Of a stretch of DNA of 64,000 nucleotides, positions 30,263 to 39,773 are shown piece after piece. The translations under genes were made by a program, and so were the position numbers. Origin of the DNA: an uncultured Actinomycetota bacterium. Lineage in GTDB: Bacteria; Actinomycetota; Actinomycetes; Actinomycetales; Dermatophilaceae. The notes below the pieces were generated by a model, which searched no databases, was not told the DNA's origin, and saw nothing but the letters and a program-made list of their open reading frames with translations. The DNA lies in assembly GCA_963697735.1 (NCBI GenBank), contig CAVOOZ010000004.1:174180-238179 (forward strand), read 5' to 3'. Each line of letters opens with the position of its first letter. Within the stretch, counting starts at the first letter, position 1.

Positions 30263-30601
30263 GCCTGCCAGTCTGCAACAGACCCTCCCGGTGAGTCAGC
30301 CATCCCATCGCCCCTCTCCCAGGCGTCGAGCACTCGCGGCGCAGCGAGCATGAACGACGTTGACACCGACCAGCACCGGCACACACTGGCCAGCGAGGAA
30401 GGACCGCCCAGCGACCCCGGCACCCACTCAGATCACGCGCATAACGCTGCGATGAGCGCGTTCGCGAAGTGCGTCACTCGGCCGCGTGTCGGGCGCACCC
30501 AATCCATCCACACAATGTCGATGCGCGGTCGTGGATATGGGTGGAGTCATCGCGGCCTCCCGAACTGCCGAGGTCTCGCTCGGCTTCGAGGGTCTCGCGG
30601 T

Positions 30602-31375
30602 TTAGTAGCCGGGGAAGACCTTCCGGAGCTCGTCCAGCGTGACGTTGCCGGTCACGGTCACGCCAGCGGCGTGTTCGGGGGCGAGCCGTCCGCTGAGCAG
30701 CCGCACCACGGCCTCGGCCGGACCCTCGAACGTGGCCGTTGGATGATCGACCGAGTCGGTCAGGGTGACTGCGTCGGTGATCTTGAGTGCGCCGCCCGGG
30801 ATCGCCAAGCGAACCTCACGTTTGATCGCGTCGGCCTTCGCGGAGAATCCCAGCAGGAAGGCCAAAGGTCCGCAGAAGAGCTCGACCAGCAGTTCGGCGG
30901 ATTCCGGGTCCACGGTCGCTGACGGGTCGACTCCGACGCGCACGTCCCAGGCATGGTTGGCAACTTCATTGAGCCGCATGCCGAGCGCGACCAACAGCGG
31001 CACTGGCTCGGGAAGGAAGCCCAGGTCGATCATCAAGCTGTCGCGCTGCTCGGTGTTAAGGGCCTCGCCGGTCTCGAGGTACGCCTCGTCGTGCTTGACG
31101 AACTCGGCTGCCTGGTCGGCCGGGGAGGACGCGTCCCACCGTGCCCAGATCGCCTGGTTGTCCTCAGCCTCGACGAGCTCGCCCGCGGCCCTCGAGATCG
31201 GCTTCCGGCCGATCTCCGCACCGCTGCCGAGGTGTGAGAGCGCCTGCGCGACGCTCCATTCCGTGGCCCCACTGGGGGCGCTGAGATCCTCCTCGGACAA
31301 GGTCGGCACCAGCGCGGCAAGGGTGTCGTGGTTGGCGCGCAGCGCCGCGAGGGTGCGGTCGACAAGTGTGGTCAT
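30602..31375 (-). CDS. Mycothiol-dependent maleylpyruvate isomerase family (DinB superfamily) protein
   Basis: WSVAQALSHLG, RLNEVANHAWD, C-terminal LRKVFPGY. Confidence 0.88.
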   Translation of the reverse strand: MTTLVDRTLAALRANHDTLAALVPTLSEEDLSAPSGATEWSVAQALSHLGSGAEIGRKPISRAAGELVEAEDNQAIWARWDASSPADQAAEFVKHDEAYLETGEALNTEQRDSLMIDLGFLPEPVPLLVALGMRLNEVANHAWDVRVGVDPSATVDPESAELLVELFCGPLAFLLGFSAKADAIKREVRLAIPGGALKITDAVTLTDSVDHPTATFEGPAEAVVRLLSGRLAPEHAAGVTVTGNVTLDELRKVFPGY

Positions 31376-32187
31376 AGCCGACACAACGATGCAGACTACG
31401 GCCTTCTTCCCGGTCATCCATCGCACCCGCCGGATGTTGCTGCTGCTCGGGGTCCGAGACGGCTGGGACTGGATGAGCATCACAGGTGCGACCTTCGGCG
31501 CAGAGGTGGGCGCCAAGTCCGCCATTACCTGCACTCATCCCGAAGACGCGCAGACGGGCGGAGCCACTGCAGCTCGATCCGACTAGCCGATTGCGCTCCG
31601 GGCTTGAGGCCATGAAGGACCGCGGCACGGCGCCGTCCATGGGCGCGGAGCTGGCGCGAGCGGCACGACCAAGCGAGGCGCGTCTACCCCCCTGCCCGAC
31701 ACGCCGCGGTCGTCCGGCGCCATATTGCGCAGTCGCTCGCCCTCCGCGCCATTGACCCGGACGGAGTCGTAAAACTCCTCGCGTGTATCGGCGGTAGCAC
31801 TCTTGAATGCTCAGCCAGGGGCCGTGAGGCGCTGAAGCCGCCTGCGAGATGCGCTCTGCCATGATGCTGCGCCCCGGGGCGCCGTGTGGAGTTCCGAACC
31901 GAATCAGAGGGGCTGCGGCCCTGACGAAATACCGGCCGCGCAATCCCCGCCCGCTGGCGGCATCGGTCGAAGGCAAAGTCTCCCAACATCCGGAACACGT
32001 GGCAGTGCGCGCAGCGCGGCATCCGGATGGCCGGCACCCGTAGGCGAAGCGTGCCCCCGAGGTGTGCCTCGTCAGGAGAGGCATGACTCACGGTCAAGGT
32101 GCGCCTATCCGCCGAGGCGGGGCCACTGTGGAGGCGCGCGGCCGCTGTGCGCCCAGGTATTCGACGAAGTTGGCGACGTGCGAACGC

Positions 32188-33804
32188 TCAGGGTGGAAGC
32201 AGGTGCGAGGCCGTCGCAGGCGGGTCGGAGAAACCGAGGGCGGTCCGCTCGATGGCCTGGTCGAGGGCCGTCAGCCGACCCTCGTGCTGGCGCAGGTGCT
32301 CCTCCCAGGTCGGGACCCAGAACTGCTCGACGAACCGGTCGAGATGTTCGGCGTCGCGGTACAGCTCCCAGCGGGTCGCGCCGCTGCGCAGTCTCGATCG
32401 GCGCATGTCACCCATCGCGGCCAGCCATTCCCTCTCGTGCTCAGCCGCGACCGTATAGGTCACCGCGATCTGCACCGGCCCCACTGAGGGCTCCGGCGGG
32501 AGCGCGACCCGGGCTTCACCCCAGTACGCGATCGGATCCAGGGCGTCGGCGGACGCGTCGGGCACCCGCCAGAACATTCCGATCCCGGCAACGGCCGCCG
32601 ACAGCCCCGCAGTCACGACGAACGTGGCGAACAAGTCGATCTGATTGGCCACCACACCCCAGAGCAGGGCTCCGAGCGCTTGGCAGCCGGTGAAGACCAT
32701 CGTCCAGATCGCGAGGACACGGGCCATCACCCACCCCGGCAGGAACAGCTGCAACTCCCCGACCAGGGTGGAGATCGTCGTCGTCCAAGACAGGCCCGCG
32801 CCAACCAGGATCACCAGCGCTGCCGGGTAGCCCTGCACCACCACCAACGCCAGCAGCGACACCGCCATCAACAGCCCCGAGGCGGTGAGTGTCGCGTTGG
32901 TCGACAGCACTCGGCGCACCCTGCCGAGCACGAGCGCGCCGGCGATGGCCCCGATCCCCAGAGCCGCGAACATCACCCCGTAGCCACCAGGTCCCACTCC
33001 CAGCCGGCGCGTCGCGATCAACGGCAGCAACGCCCACAGGGCCGATGCGGGAAGCAGGAACAATCCCAGCCGCAGCAGGACGCGCCGCACGTCCGTGTCA
33101 TGCCAGGCGTAACGACCACCCGCGCGCAGCGCCGGCCAGAACCGTTCACGGCCACCAGGGGCCGCGGTCGACGTGCGATGCCAGAACAGGAGGCCGACAC
33201 CCAGCGGAATCACCGACAGCGCGTTCAGCGCGAACACGGACGCGACACCCCACCCTGCGATCACCAGACCCGCGAGCGCGGGCCCCGCCGCCCGGGCAAC
33301 GTTCACCCCGACCATCTCCAGGCGGGCGGCCGACCTGAGCTGGTGCCGCGGCACGAGCTCAGGCGTGCTGGCCTGCAAGGCGGGCAACTGCACCGCCGCC
33401 CCCGCACCGAGCAGGAACGTGAACACCAGCAAGAGCGACGCCGGCATCCGCCCGGCCAGCGTCAGCACCAGCAACGACACTCCGACGAGGAGGAAGTACA
33501 CCTGGACCGCGAACAGCAGCCAGCGCTTGTCGAAGGAGTCCGCCAGAACACCCGCGGGCATCGCCAACAGCATCACCGGCACCGTGTTCGCCACCTGCAC
33601 GAGAGCCACCACCGCTGCGGCGTTCGGCGAGTCAAGCAGCAACCACTGCGCGCCCACCGTCTGCATCCACGTGCCCATCCCGGAGATCAGCACCCCGACC
33701 CACAACCACGCGAACACCCGCTGCCGCAACGGCGCCCACGGCGAGGACTCCAAAGCCGATGGCTCACCGGTCGCGACGCGGTCTCCGGAACGAGGCACCG
33801 TCAC
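32188..33804 (-). CDS. MFS transporter with C-terminal soluble domain (MFS_3-like)
   Basis: GTWMQTVGAQW, AGVLADSFDKR, ARAAGPALAG, WEEHLRQH. Confidence 0.92.
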   Translation of the reverse strand: MTVPRSGDRVATGEPSALESSPWAPLRQRVFAWLWVGVLISGMGTWMQTVGAQWLLLDSPNAAAVVALVQVANTVPVMLLAMPAGVLADSFDKRWLLFAVQVYFLLVGVSLLVLTLAGRMPASLLLVFTFLLGAGAAVQLPALQASTPELVPRHQLRSAARLEMVGVNVARAAGPALAGLVIAGWGVASVFALNALSVIPLGVGLLFWHRTSTAAPGGRERFWPALRAGGRYAWHDTDVRRVLLRLGLFLLPASALWALLPLIATRRLGVGPGGYGVMFAALGIGAIAGALVLGRVRRVLSTNATLTASGLLMAVSLLALVVVQGYPAALVILVGAGLSWTTTISTLVGELQLFLPGWVMARVLAIWTMVFTGCQALGALLWGVVANQIDLFATFVVTAGLSAAVAGIGMFWRVPDASADALDPIAYWGEARVALPPEPSVGPVQIAVTYTVAAEHEREWLAAMGDMRRSRLRSGATRWELYRDAEHLDRFVEQFWVPTWEEHLRQHEGRLTALDQAIERTALGFSDPPATASHLLPP

Positions 33805-34363
33805 TCCTCACCGCGCAACAGACCCCGCGTAGATCCCACGAGGAAACTGGTGGTCCGAGTCAGCAGTGCCGTACACCGCAGGCTGACACCGCTGGTGGGA
33901 CCACCAACCTGCCGCGGATCGTTATTGCCGCCGCCAAGAGTCGGGGACGCGCGTACAGAGAGGCGGTTGTCCATGCCGCCACGCTATGGGCCGACGATCC
34001 GAACTGGGAGATGCTCCCGGTACCTTCCTGGACGGACGCACTGTCTCCGGACGAGCGGCCGTGGCTTCCCAGAGCCCAGCCGAGGGCAGGGCCGCCGCCC
34101 GCCTCCACGATGTCCCGCCTAAGGTCACCGTCCAGCGGGGGTGCCCCGGACGCGCCAATGAGGTGGACCCTTTCCCGGACCGCCCCTCCCCCGTACCGCA
34201 CGGCATACGCGCACCCGAGGAGGATCTGCCGGCGTACGAGCCGCGACCTGCGACATACCGGCTCAGGGCTCAGCGCGGTGCGTCTGTGCGACCTGGCGGA
34301 TCTGCTGCAGCATGGCCTAAAAGCTGTTGGGACGGACGGCGTCGGACGGTTAGCGTGACCGGC

Positions 34364-34873
34364 ATGCAGGTCAGGTTCGAGCGCACCGCCCACCGGCGGT
34401 ATGCGGTCGCCGTCCTTCGTACGCGGCACGGAAACCTCCGCTTGGATCCAGCGCCGGGCTACTCCGAGCTGATCCCTCACGACTTGGTGCACTTCGTGGT
34501 GGAGGACGAGTTCGGCCTGCGGCAGGGGATCTTCGGTCAGATCGCCGCGGGTGGTAACGCCGGGACCTTCGTGCCGACCGAGGAACTGCGGACCAAGGCG
34601 TGGGCACGCCAGGTCGAGCGACGCAACAGGTCCACCGGAGGCGACATGGGGCGCTCGGAGGATCTCGCGGCCCAGGTCTACCCGCGCTGGCTGCGACACC
34701 GCGGTCACCTGCCCGGGAGTCACTACGTGCGCCAAGACCCGCCTCCGACCGACCTCACCGCAACCGACCTCGACCAGGCGTTCAAGCGCCTCGACGCACT
34801 GTCACAGCAATGGCGAGCCCTCGACGTCGGAGGGTCGATGACCGTCGTATGGCCCTGGCCGGAGCGTACCTAG
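34364..34873 (+). CDS. Hypothetical protein with PHDLVHFVVE metal-binding-like motif
   Basis: TAGCGT -10 lies 7 nt before ATG; HDxxH-xxx-E motif. Confidence 0.7.
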   Translation: MQVRFERTAHRRYAVAVLRTRHGNLRLDPAPGYSELIPHDLVHFVVEDEFGLRQGIFGQIAAGGNAGTFVPTEELRTKAWARQVERRNRSTGGDMGRSEDLAAQVYPRWLRHRGHLPGSHYVRQDPPPTDLTATDLDQAFKRLDALSQQWRALDVGGSMTVVWPWPERT

Positions 34874-35225
34874 TCGGCGCAACAACACAGCGCTTGAATG
34901 TCTCTTCTGGCACAACTAACGGCAAATGCGGACATCGGTCGGGTGGCGTTAGGGATGCAGCGCTGAAAGGCCTGCCACGGCGGGGTAACGCGTAGCCGCG
35001 TCCGTTAAGCAGTGGCGTTGGAGGTCTGCTTCGGGGGTTCCGAGCGAGCGTGAGACACAGGTAGGCGATGGCCAACAGGGAACCGAGGACCGGCAGAAAG
35101 ATCGCAGCCACATAGGCGATCCGGGCTCGCACAGTGAACCCACCTCGCGCTCCGGCAAGGAGCGCGGCAAGGACGCCGAGAGCCCAAAGTGCGAGGAGTC
35201 CGGCTTCGAGGCCGTTCATTTCCAT
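34782..35225 (-). CDS. Small membrane protein (3' end uncertain)
   Basis: Two hydrophobic helices LLALWALGVLAALL and AYVAAIFLPVLGSLLAIAY; tail overlaps the convergent gene and may be read-through. Confidence 0.5.
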   Translation of the reverse strand: MEMNGLEAGLLALWALGVLAALLAGARGGFTVRARIAYVAAIFLPVLGSLLAIAYLCLTLARNPRSRPPTPLLNGRGYALPRRGRPFSAASLTPPDRCPHLPLVVPEETFKRCVVAPTRYAPARAIRRSSTLRRRGLAIAVTVRRGA

Positions 35226-35483
35226 CACCCTTTGAGGGTAGCCGTTCGCGACGACTCCACCGGGGGCGAGGGCCAGGAAGCGGAGACCGGTTCGGCCCGA
35301 CTGTCGGACCCAATGTCGCCCAGCAGCGCGGCACGGTCGTCCCCTTCCGCGGCGCAAGTCGTCGCCCGGCGGCGTTGCGCAACTCGCCCATACCCGGGCC
35401 TGACCGGTCGCTATCCTGAAGAGATCCCGCAGGCGTCGAACGTCGGGCCTTCGCCCGAAGCCGAGCGGTGGGTAGGAGGCCGG

Positions 35484-35768
35484 ATGACTCTGCTGCTCGT
35501 CGGGTTCACCGGCTTCGTCCTTGGCGTGGCTGCCATCATCTTCGGGCGAAGCCTTCACGCACGCGAGGTCGCCGGCCGTCGCGGGGGTGTCGACGACGTC
35601 CTGGAGAAGTTCCTCGACTGGTATCTGCACAAGGCTGGCCCGCTCGTGGCGGATCCTGACGGGGGCCAACCGACCACCGGTGAACGGGTGGCGGAGGCCG
35701 GCAGCATCATCGCCGGTCTCGGCGTCGTCGCCATGGTCGCCGGCGTGGTCCGCCTGGCCCTGGCCTGA
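35484..35768 (+). CDS. Small two-helix membrane protein
   Basis: AGGAGG RBS; hydrophobic N- and C-termini. Confidence 0.65.
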   Translation: MTLLLVGFTGFVLGVAAIIFGRSLHAREVAGRRGGVDDVLEKFLDWYLHKAGPLVADPDGGQPTTGERVAEAGSIIAGLGVVAMVAGVVRLALA

Positions 35769-35809
35769 GCGGCGGCCCGTTCGTTGGCCGGCCAGCGCGT
35801 GCTGGCCGC

Positions 35810-37164
35810 CTACTGCTCCGGGTTGTCCTGGGTGAGCTGCGAGTGCCAGGTGAGGGCGAGCAGTTCGTCCATCTCGGGGATCGCGGCTCGCATCTGGTGG
35901 AGCGCGCGTTGGGCGGCCGCGTCCGCGGCCCAGCGGCGGGAGATGGCCGCGTCGACGTCGACCATGGCGACCGCGGTGTGCATTTCGGTCCACCTCGCCG
36001 GGTTCGCCTGCACGTACCGGAGCACGGCGACCGCGACCACGGTCAGGGCCGTGTCGATGTCTCGGCGCACCAGCGCGTCGAGGTGGCCGAGGTCGATCGC
36101 GTGGACGTCGCCGACCTACCGGCTCGAGCACGCCGAGCGCTTGACGACGATGCCGTCCTGAGCGCCGGCCAGCACGTCGCGCAACGCGGTGAGCGCTGCC
36201 TCGTCCCGGACCAGGGCGGGCCGGTCGGCGATCGTGTCGATCGCGCCCTGGACTGCGACGGCTTCCTGGCTCGGCGGCGGCGTGCCGAGCCCGGCACGGG
36301 TCGCGGCGAGCCGGAGCATGGGGTGGGGGTGGGTGGACTGCAGGTAGTCGCGGGCCCGCTGCGCGAAGACGCCGGTGAACCGTCTGGCTGCCCGGCGGGC
36401 GATCTCCTCGTCGATGAGGTGCGTCATCCCGAAGAACAGCCGGGCGCCCACCTCGGCGCGCCCGGTGTCGCCGCCGGCGCATGAGAACAGGTGGGCGGCC
36501 GTGGTGTCCGCGTGCAGCTCCTCCTGGCTGCCGTGCATGCGGGCAGGGACGTCCCACTCGAGTTCGAGCGGCGGCGGCTCTCCTTGATGGCCCCACAGCG
36601 CGTGCGACACCTCGTGCGCCACGAGGAACAGCAGCCCCTGCGCACCGCGCACGCTCGCGTCCGCAGCGTTGCCGGGTCTGCGGTCCCACAGCTGGCGCAG
36701 GTCCGCTTCCGGTTCCAGCCGGCGCTCTGTGCGCAGGAGCTCCTCCCGCATCGACCGGATGCCCTCAGCGTCGAGGCTGCCATCGAGCACCGCGGTGACC
36801 ATCCAGCCGTAGTCGTTCATCAGGGCCGGGGTGTGCTCCTTGACCATGACCAGCCAGCCGCTGGGAGTCTGGGTCGTCTCAGCGCCGAAGCGCGGCTGCG
36901 GTGCTAAGCCGACCCGCACCGGCAGTGGCGCCCCGTCGCGGGCCGTTGCGGTCCACGCGGTCGGGTCCGGCGCGCCGTACCCCACGGCATGAACCGGAGC
37001 TGCTCGTCGTCCCCGGCCGCCAGCAGCCGCCGCGCCCAGCGACGGGTGTGAGTGTCGAACGCAGCCCGCCTTTCGCGCTGCTCAGCACTGAGCCGACCCT
37101 GCGCGCGCCGGTAGGCCTCCTCCAGCGCAGCAGGCCAGTCGGACGGGGCGTCCCTGCTCGACAT
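35810..37164 (-). pseudogene. HExxH zinc metallopeptidase (M48-like), interrupted near 36980 and 36116-36140
   Basis: VAHEVSH, QEELHAD, THPHPMLRL; ORFs 36904-37164, 36116-36985 and 35810-36070 join across a G-run shift and an in-frame TAG. Confidence 0.7.
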
Positions 37165-37384
37165 GGATCCCCCTGACCCGGGGCCGGCGGCGCAGCCGTG
37201 TGAGTGGGGACGTCAGCGCCCCGGCTTTCTGGTGAGCGAAGTGTACAAACCGGGCATCAGCGCCACAACCCGCACGCGGTGGCGGCGCGGCGGACGGGCC
37301 ACCACCCTCAAGCAGCTGCGACCGGTCGCGAGCATTGGGGATCTCGGCAGGTGGGCGCGAAGAGCGGCAGATCCGCGCGTTACT

Positions 37385-37627
37385 TCAGGGCAGAAGATCC
37401 CAGTACTGCCGCCGGGCCGGCATCGCGTGGATGACCATCTCCTCGCCACTCTGGAAGATCAGCACAACGATCTCCAGCAGTCGCGCTTGAGTGTCGAACC
37501 CGAGCCGCAGCTCGCGGCGTGGCCACTCCTCTTCCTGCAGGGGCTCGATCCACAGCGACAGGTCGGCAGCGTGGACCGCGTCCTCGGGCAGGACCCCGTG
37601 CTTGAGTGCACTGCGGTGGACCTTCAC
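37385..37627 (-). CDS. Putative type II TA toxin (RelE/BrnT-like fold)
   Basis: 80 aa, SALKHG...LLEIVV...VIHAMPAR; GTGA overlap with upstream RHH gene. Confidence 0.75.
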   Translation of the reverse strand: MKVHRSALKHGVLPEDAVHAADLSLWIEPLQEEEWPRRELRLGFDTQARLLEIVVLIFQSGEEMVIHAMPARRQYWDLLP

Positions 37628-37872
37628 GCGGCGTAGCCGGCCAGGGCCCGTCGGATCGCCTCGGAGCGCGACAGGTGCTCCCGCGCCGCGTAGTCATCGA
37701 GCGCCGCGATCTCCTCGGCGGTAAGCCGCACGGCGATGACTTGCGTGGGCTCGGCTCCACGCCCCGGGCGCCCTCGCCCGCGGCGCTTCAGCTGCTCGAC
37801 GTCATAACCAGCCTCGGCTTCGTCCGCCCACTTCTGGATCTGCTCGTCCGTTACTCGGTCATCACCCGGCAT
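37624..37872 (-). CDS. CopG/ribbon-helix-helix antitoxin
   Basis: WADEAEAGYD, RGRP, VIAVRLT...SRSEAIRRAL. Confidence 0.82.
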   Translation of the reverse strand: MPGDDRVTDEQIQKWADEAEAGYDVEQLKRRGRGRPGRGAEPTQVIAVRLTAEEIAALDDYAAREHLSRSEAIRRALAGYAA

Positions 37873-37878
37873 GACAAA

Positions 37879-37890
37879 ATCGTATAACGA
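37879..37890 (-). promoter_or_regulatory. Leaderless TA promoter (-10 TACGAT) overlapped by palindrome TCGT-ATA-ACGA
   Basis: -10 lies 6 nt before ATG 37872; AT-rich palindrome fits autoregulation by the RHH protein. Confidence 0.55.
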
Positions 37891-37939
37891 AAACCGATCG
37901 TCGGGGAGGCCGCGTCCGATCATTGTCAGGATCAGTCTT

Positions 37940-38859
37940 CTAAGTGCCGGCGGCCATGTATGCGGCGAGGATGTAGTTGGGATGGCGGTCGAGGTTCTTG
38001 CGGGCTCGGTCGTAGCGCATGGTCGTGCGCGGGTCGGCGTGCCGGGCGCGATCTGGACGTCGCGGAGGTCGACGCCGGCGTCGAGCATGGTGGTGACGAA
38101 GGTGTGGCGCAGCATGTGGGGTGCATCCGGGCGACGTGGACGCCGCCGGCCTCGGCGAGGCGGTGCAGGCGCCGGGTGGCGCAGTGGCGGTCCATCCGGG
38201 TGCCGCGGCTGGTCCGCAGGATCGGGCCCGTCGATGCGTCCGTCGACAGCGCGGTCGATGGCGCGGGCCACTGCCGGCGGCAGCGGCGTCAGGACGACCT
38301 TGCCGCCTTTGCCGGTGACGCGCAGGACGCGGTGACCGTGTTCCTCGCCGAGGTCCTCGATGCTCGGCGCCGCAGGCTTCGAAGATCCGCAGCCCGAGCA
38401 GGCCGAGCATCGCGACGAGGGCGAAGTCGTTGACGTTGCTGGAGGTGCGGGCGTGGCGAGCATGGCTTCGAACTGCAGGTGGGTCAGCCCGAGGGTGGGT
38501 GACTCGGCGGGCACGTTCGGCCGGCGCACGTGCTCGGCTGGTGAGTGCGCCAGGACGGCGTCGATGACGCAGGTCCGGTAGAACCCGGCGACGACGGCGA
38601 TGCGTCGGCTCACGGTGGAGGGCTTGTAGCGGCGGGTCTCCTGCATCCAGCGGATGTAGAGCTCGAGGTGGGGTCGCTGCGCGGTCAGCGGGTCCAGGCC
38701 ATGGCTACTGCACCAGGTCAGGTACGCGCGCAGGTCGGACTCGGTGTGGACCCGGGACTGGCCCTTGAACCGGGCGAGGTAGGCCGCGACAGCGCGTCTG
38801 AGCGTGTCAGATTCGGGAGGCAGCGGGATCGGGACCAGGACGTTCTCGTAGGTGCTCAT
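37940..38859 (-). pseudogene. Tyrosine recombinase/integrase with about 5 frameshifts
   Basis: SAM-like N-terminus (DLRAYLTWC, STVSRR), LGLRIFEA, GKGGK, PHMLRHTFVT, RHADPRTTMRYD spread over three frames. Confidence 0.9.
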
Positions 38860-39007
38860 CTGCAAGCGTGACCCCGGTCCGACACTCGGGAAAACGTCCG
38901 TAAGGCCACGCCGGTCGCGGCAAGATCGGGACGTCCCCGTCCGCGGCATGAGCGTCATTTGTGAGTAGCCTCCGCCACGTGCAGGAGCAGTGGCATTTCT
39001 TGTCCGC

Positions 39008-39542
39008 TCAGGCCTTCTGCACCAGCTGATCCCGCGAGGTCGCTATGACTTCCTGCAGCCGCGCAACAAGCTCTCGGTCGATCGAGCTCGCACCGCTCAG
39101 GATGTCGACTACCTCTAAGACCTGACCGTCAAGTCCGGGAGGTTCGAACGCCAGGCCCGCTTCAGCAGCGTGGTAAAGGGACGCCTCGACTCGCTGCAGA
39201 CACCATCCCATGGCCTGCTCGCTGCGCGGCCCACTCTCCAGGGCGTAGGCGAGGGGTCACGAAGTCGACCCGAAAAGCCCCCGGGCCGTCGGGTTCCTCC
39301 TCGAGCTGTTGCTCCTCGGTCGATGCCACGTCCTCGACCAGGGTCGCGGACGGGCCCGCCTCGACGTCCCCGAGCGCCTGGTCCAACAACCGTCGGCAGG
39401 CATCGCCCCGCTGCTGTCCGTGCTCGGTGTCGTCGAACCGCAGGAACGGCTGCAACAGCCACGCGAGGACCAGCCCCAGCACCATCTGCGAGCGCGCGGG
39501 CAGTCCCTTCGCCTGCGCCGCTAGGCCGTCACCGTTCATCAC
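39008..39542 (-). pseudogene. Frameshifted acidic helical hypothetical protein (immunity-like)
   Basis: ORFs 39162-39542 and 39008-39211 appear to be parts of one gene; start overlaps the stop of an upstream 50-codon fragment. Confidence 0.45.
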
Positions 39543-39773
39543 TCACCACCACCGAACCGAAGAACTGGGACTGACTCATCGTCGGCTTGCCCTGGAAACG
39601 ATAGGGCCCCAGCGGACCCGTGAACTCTCCCCCACCGTCCATGATGGCGTTGGTGCCATCCGCGGCCAGTGCCACCGCTCATCGGCGTGTGGGGACGATA
39701 TGTTCCTTCGCGCGAAGGCGTCCGGCCGGGGCCATCCGGGCTGCCGCCCGAGCCGCGACGCTCCTATGCTTCG

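Noticed and set aside
34914-34954. CTAAC...GTTAG resembling an integron attC site
   Set aside because: Only about 40 bp, imperfect R boxes, no internal complementarity seen, no second copy, and the nearby integrase is not IntI-like
36116-36118. In-frame TAG as programmed pyrrolysine or readthrough
   Set aside because: No pyl machinery in the window; neighbouring codons suggest indel errors or decay
37624-38958. 444-aa ORF suggesting an integrase-RHH fusion
   Set aside because: Artefact of integrase frameshifts; the integrase ends at 37940 in another frame and the RHH gene has its own promoter and ATG
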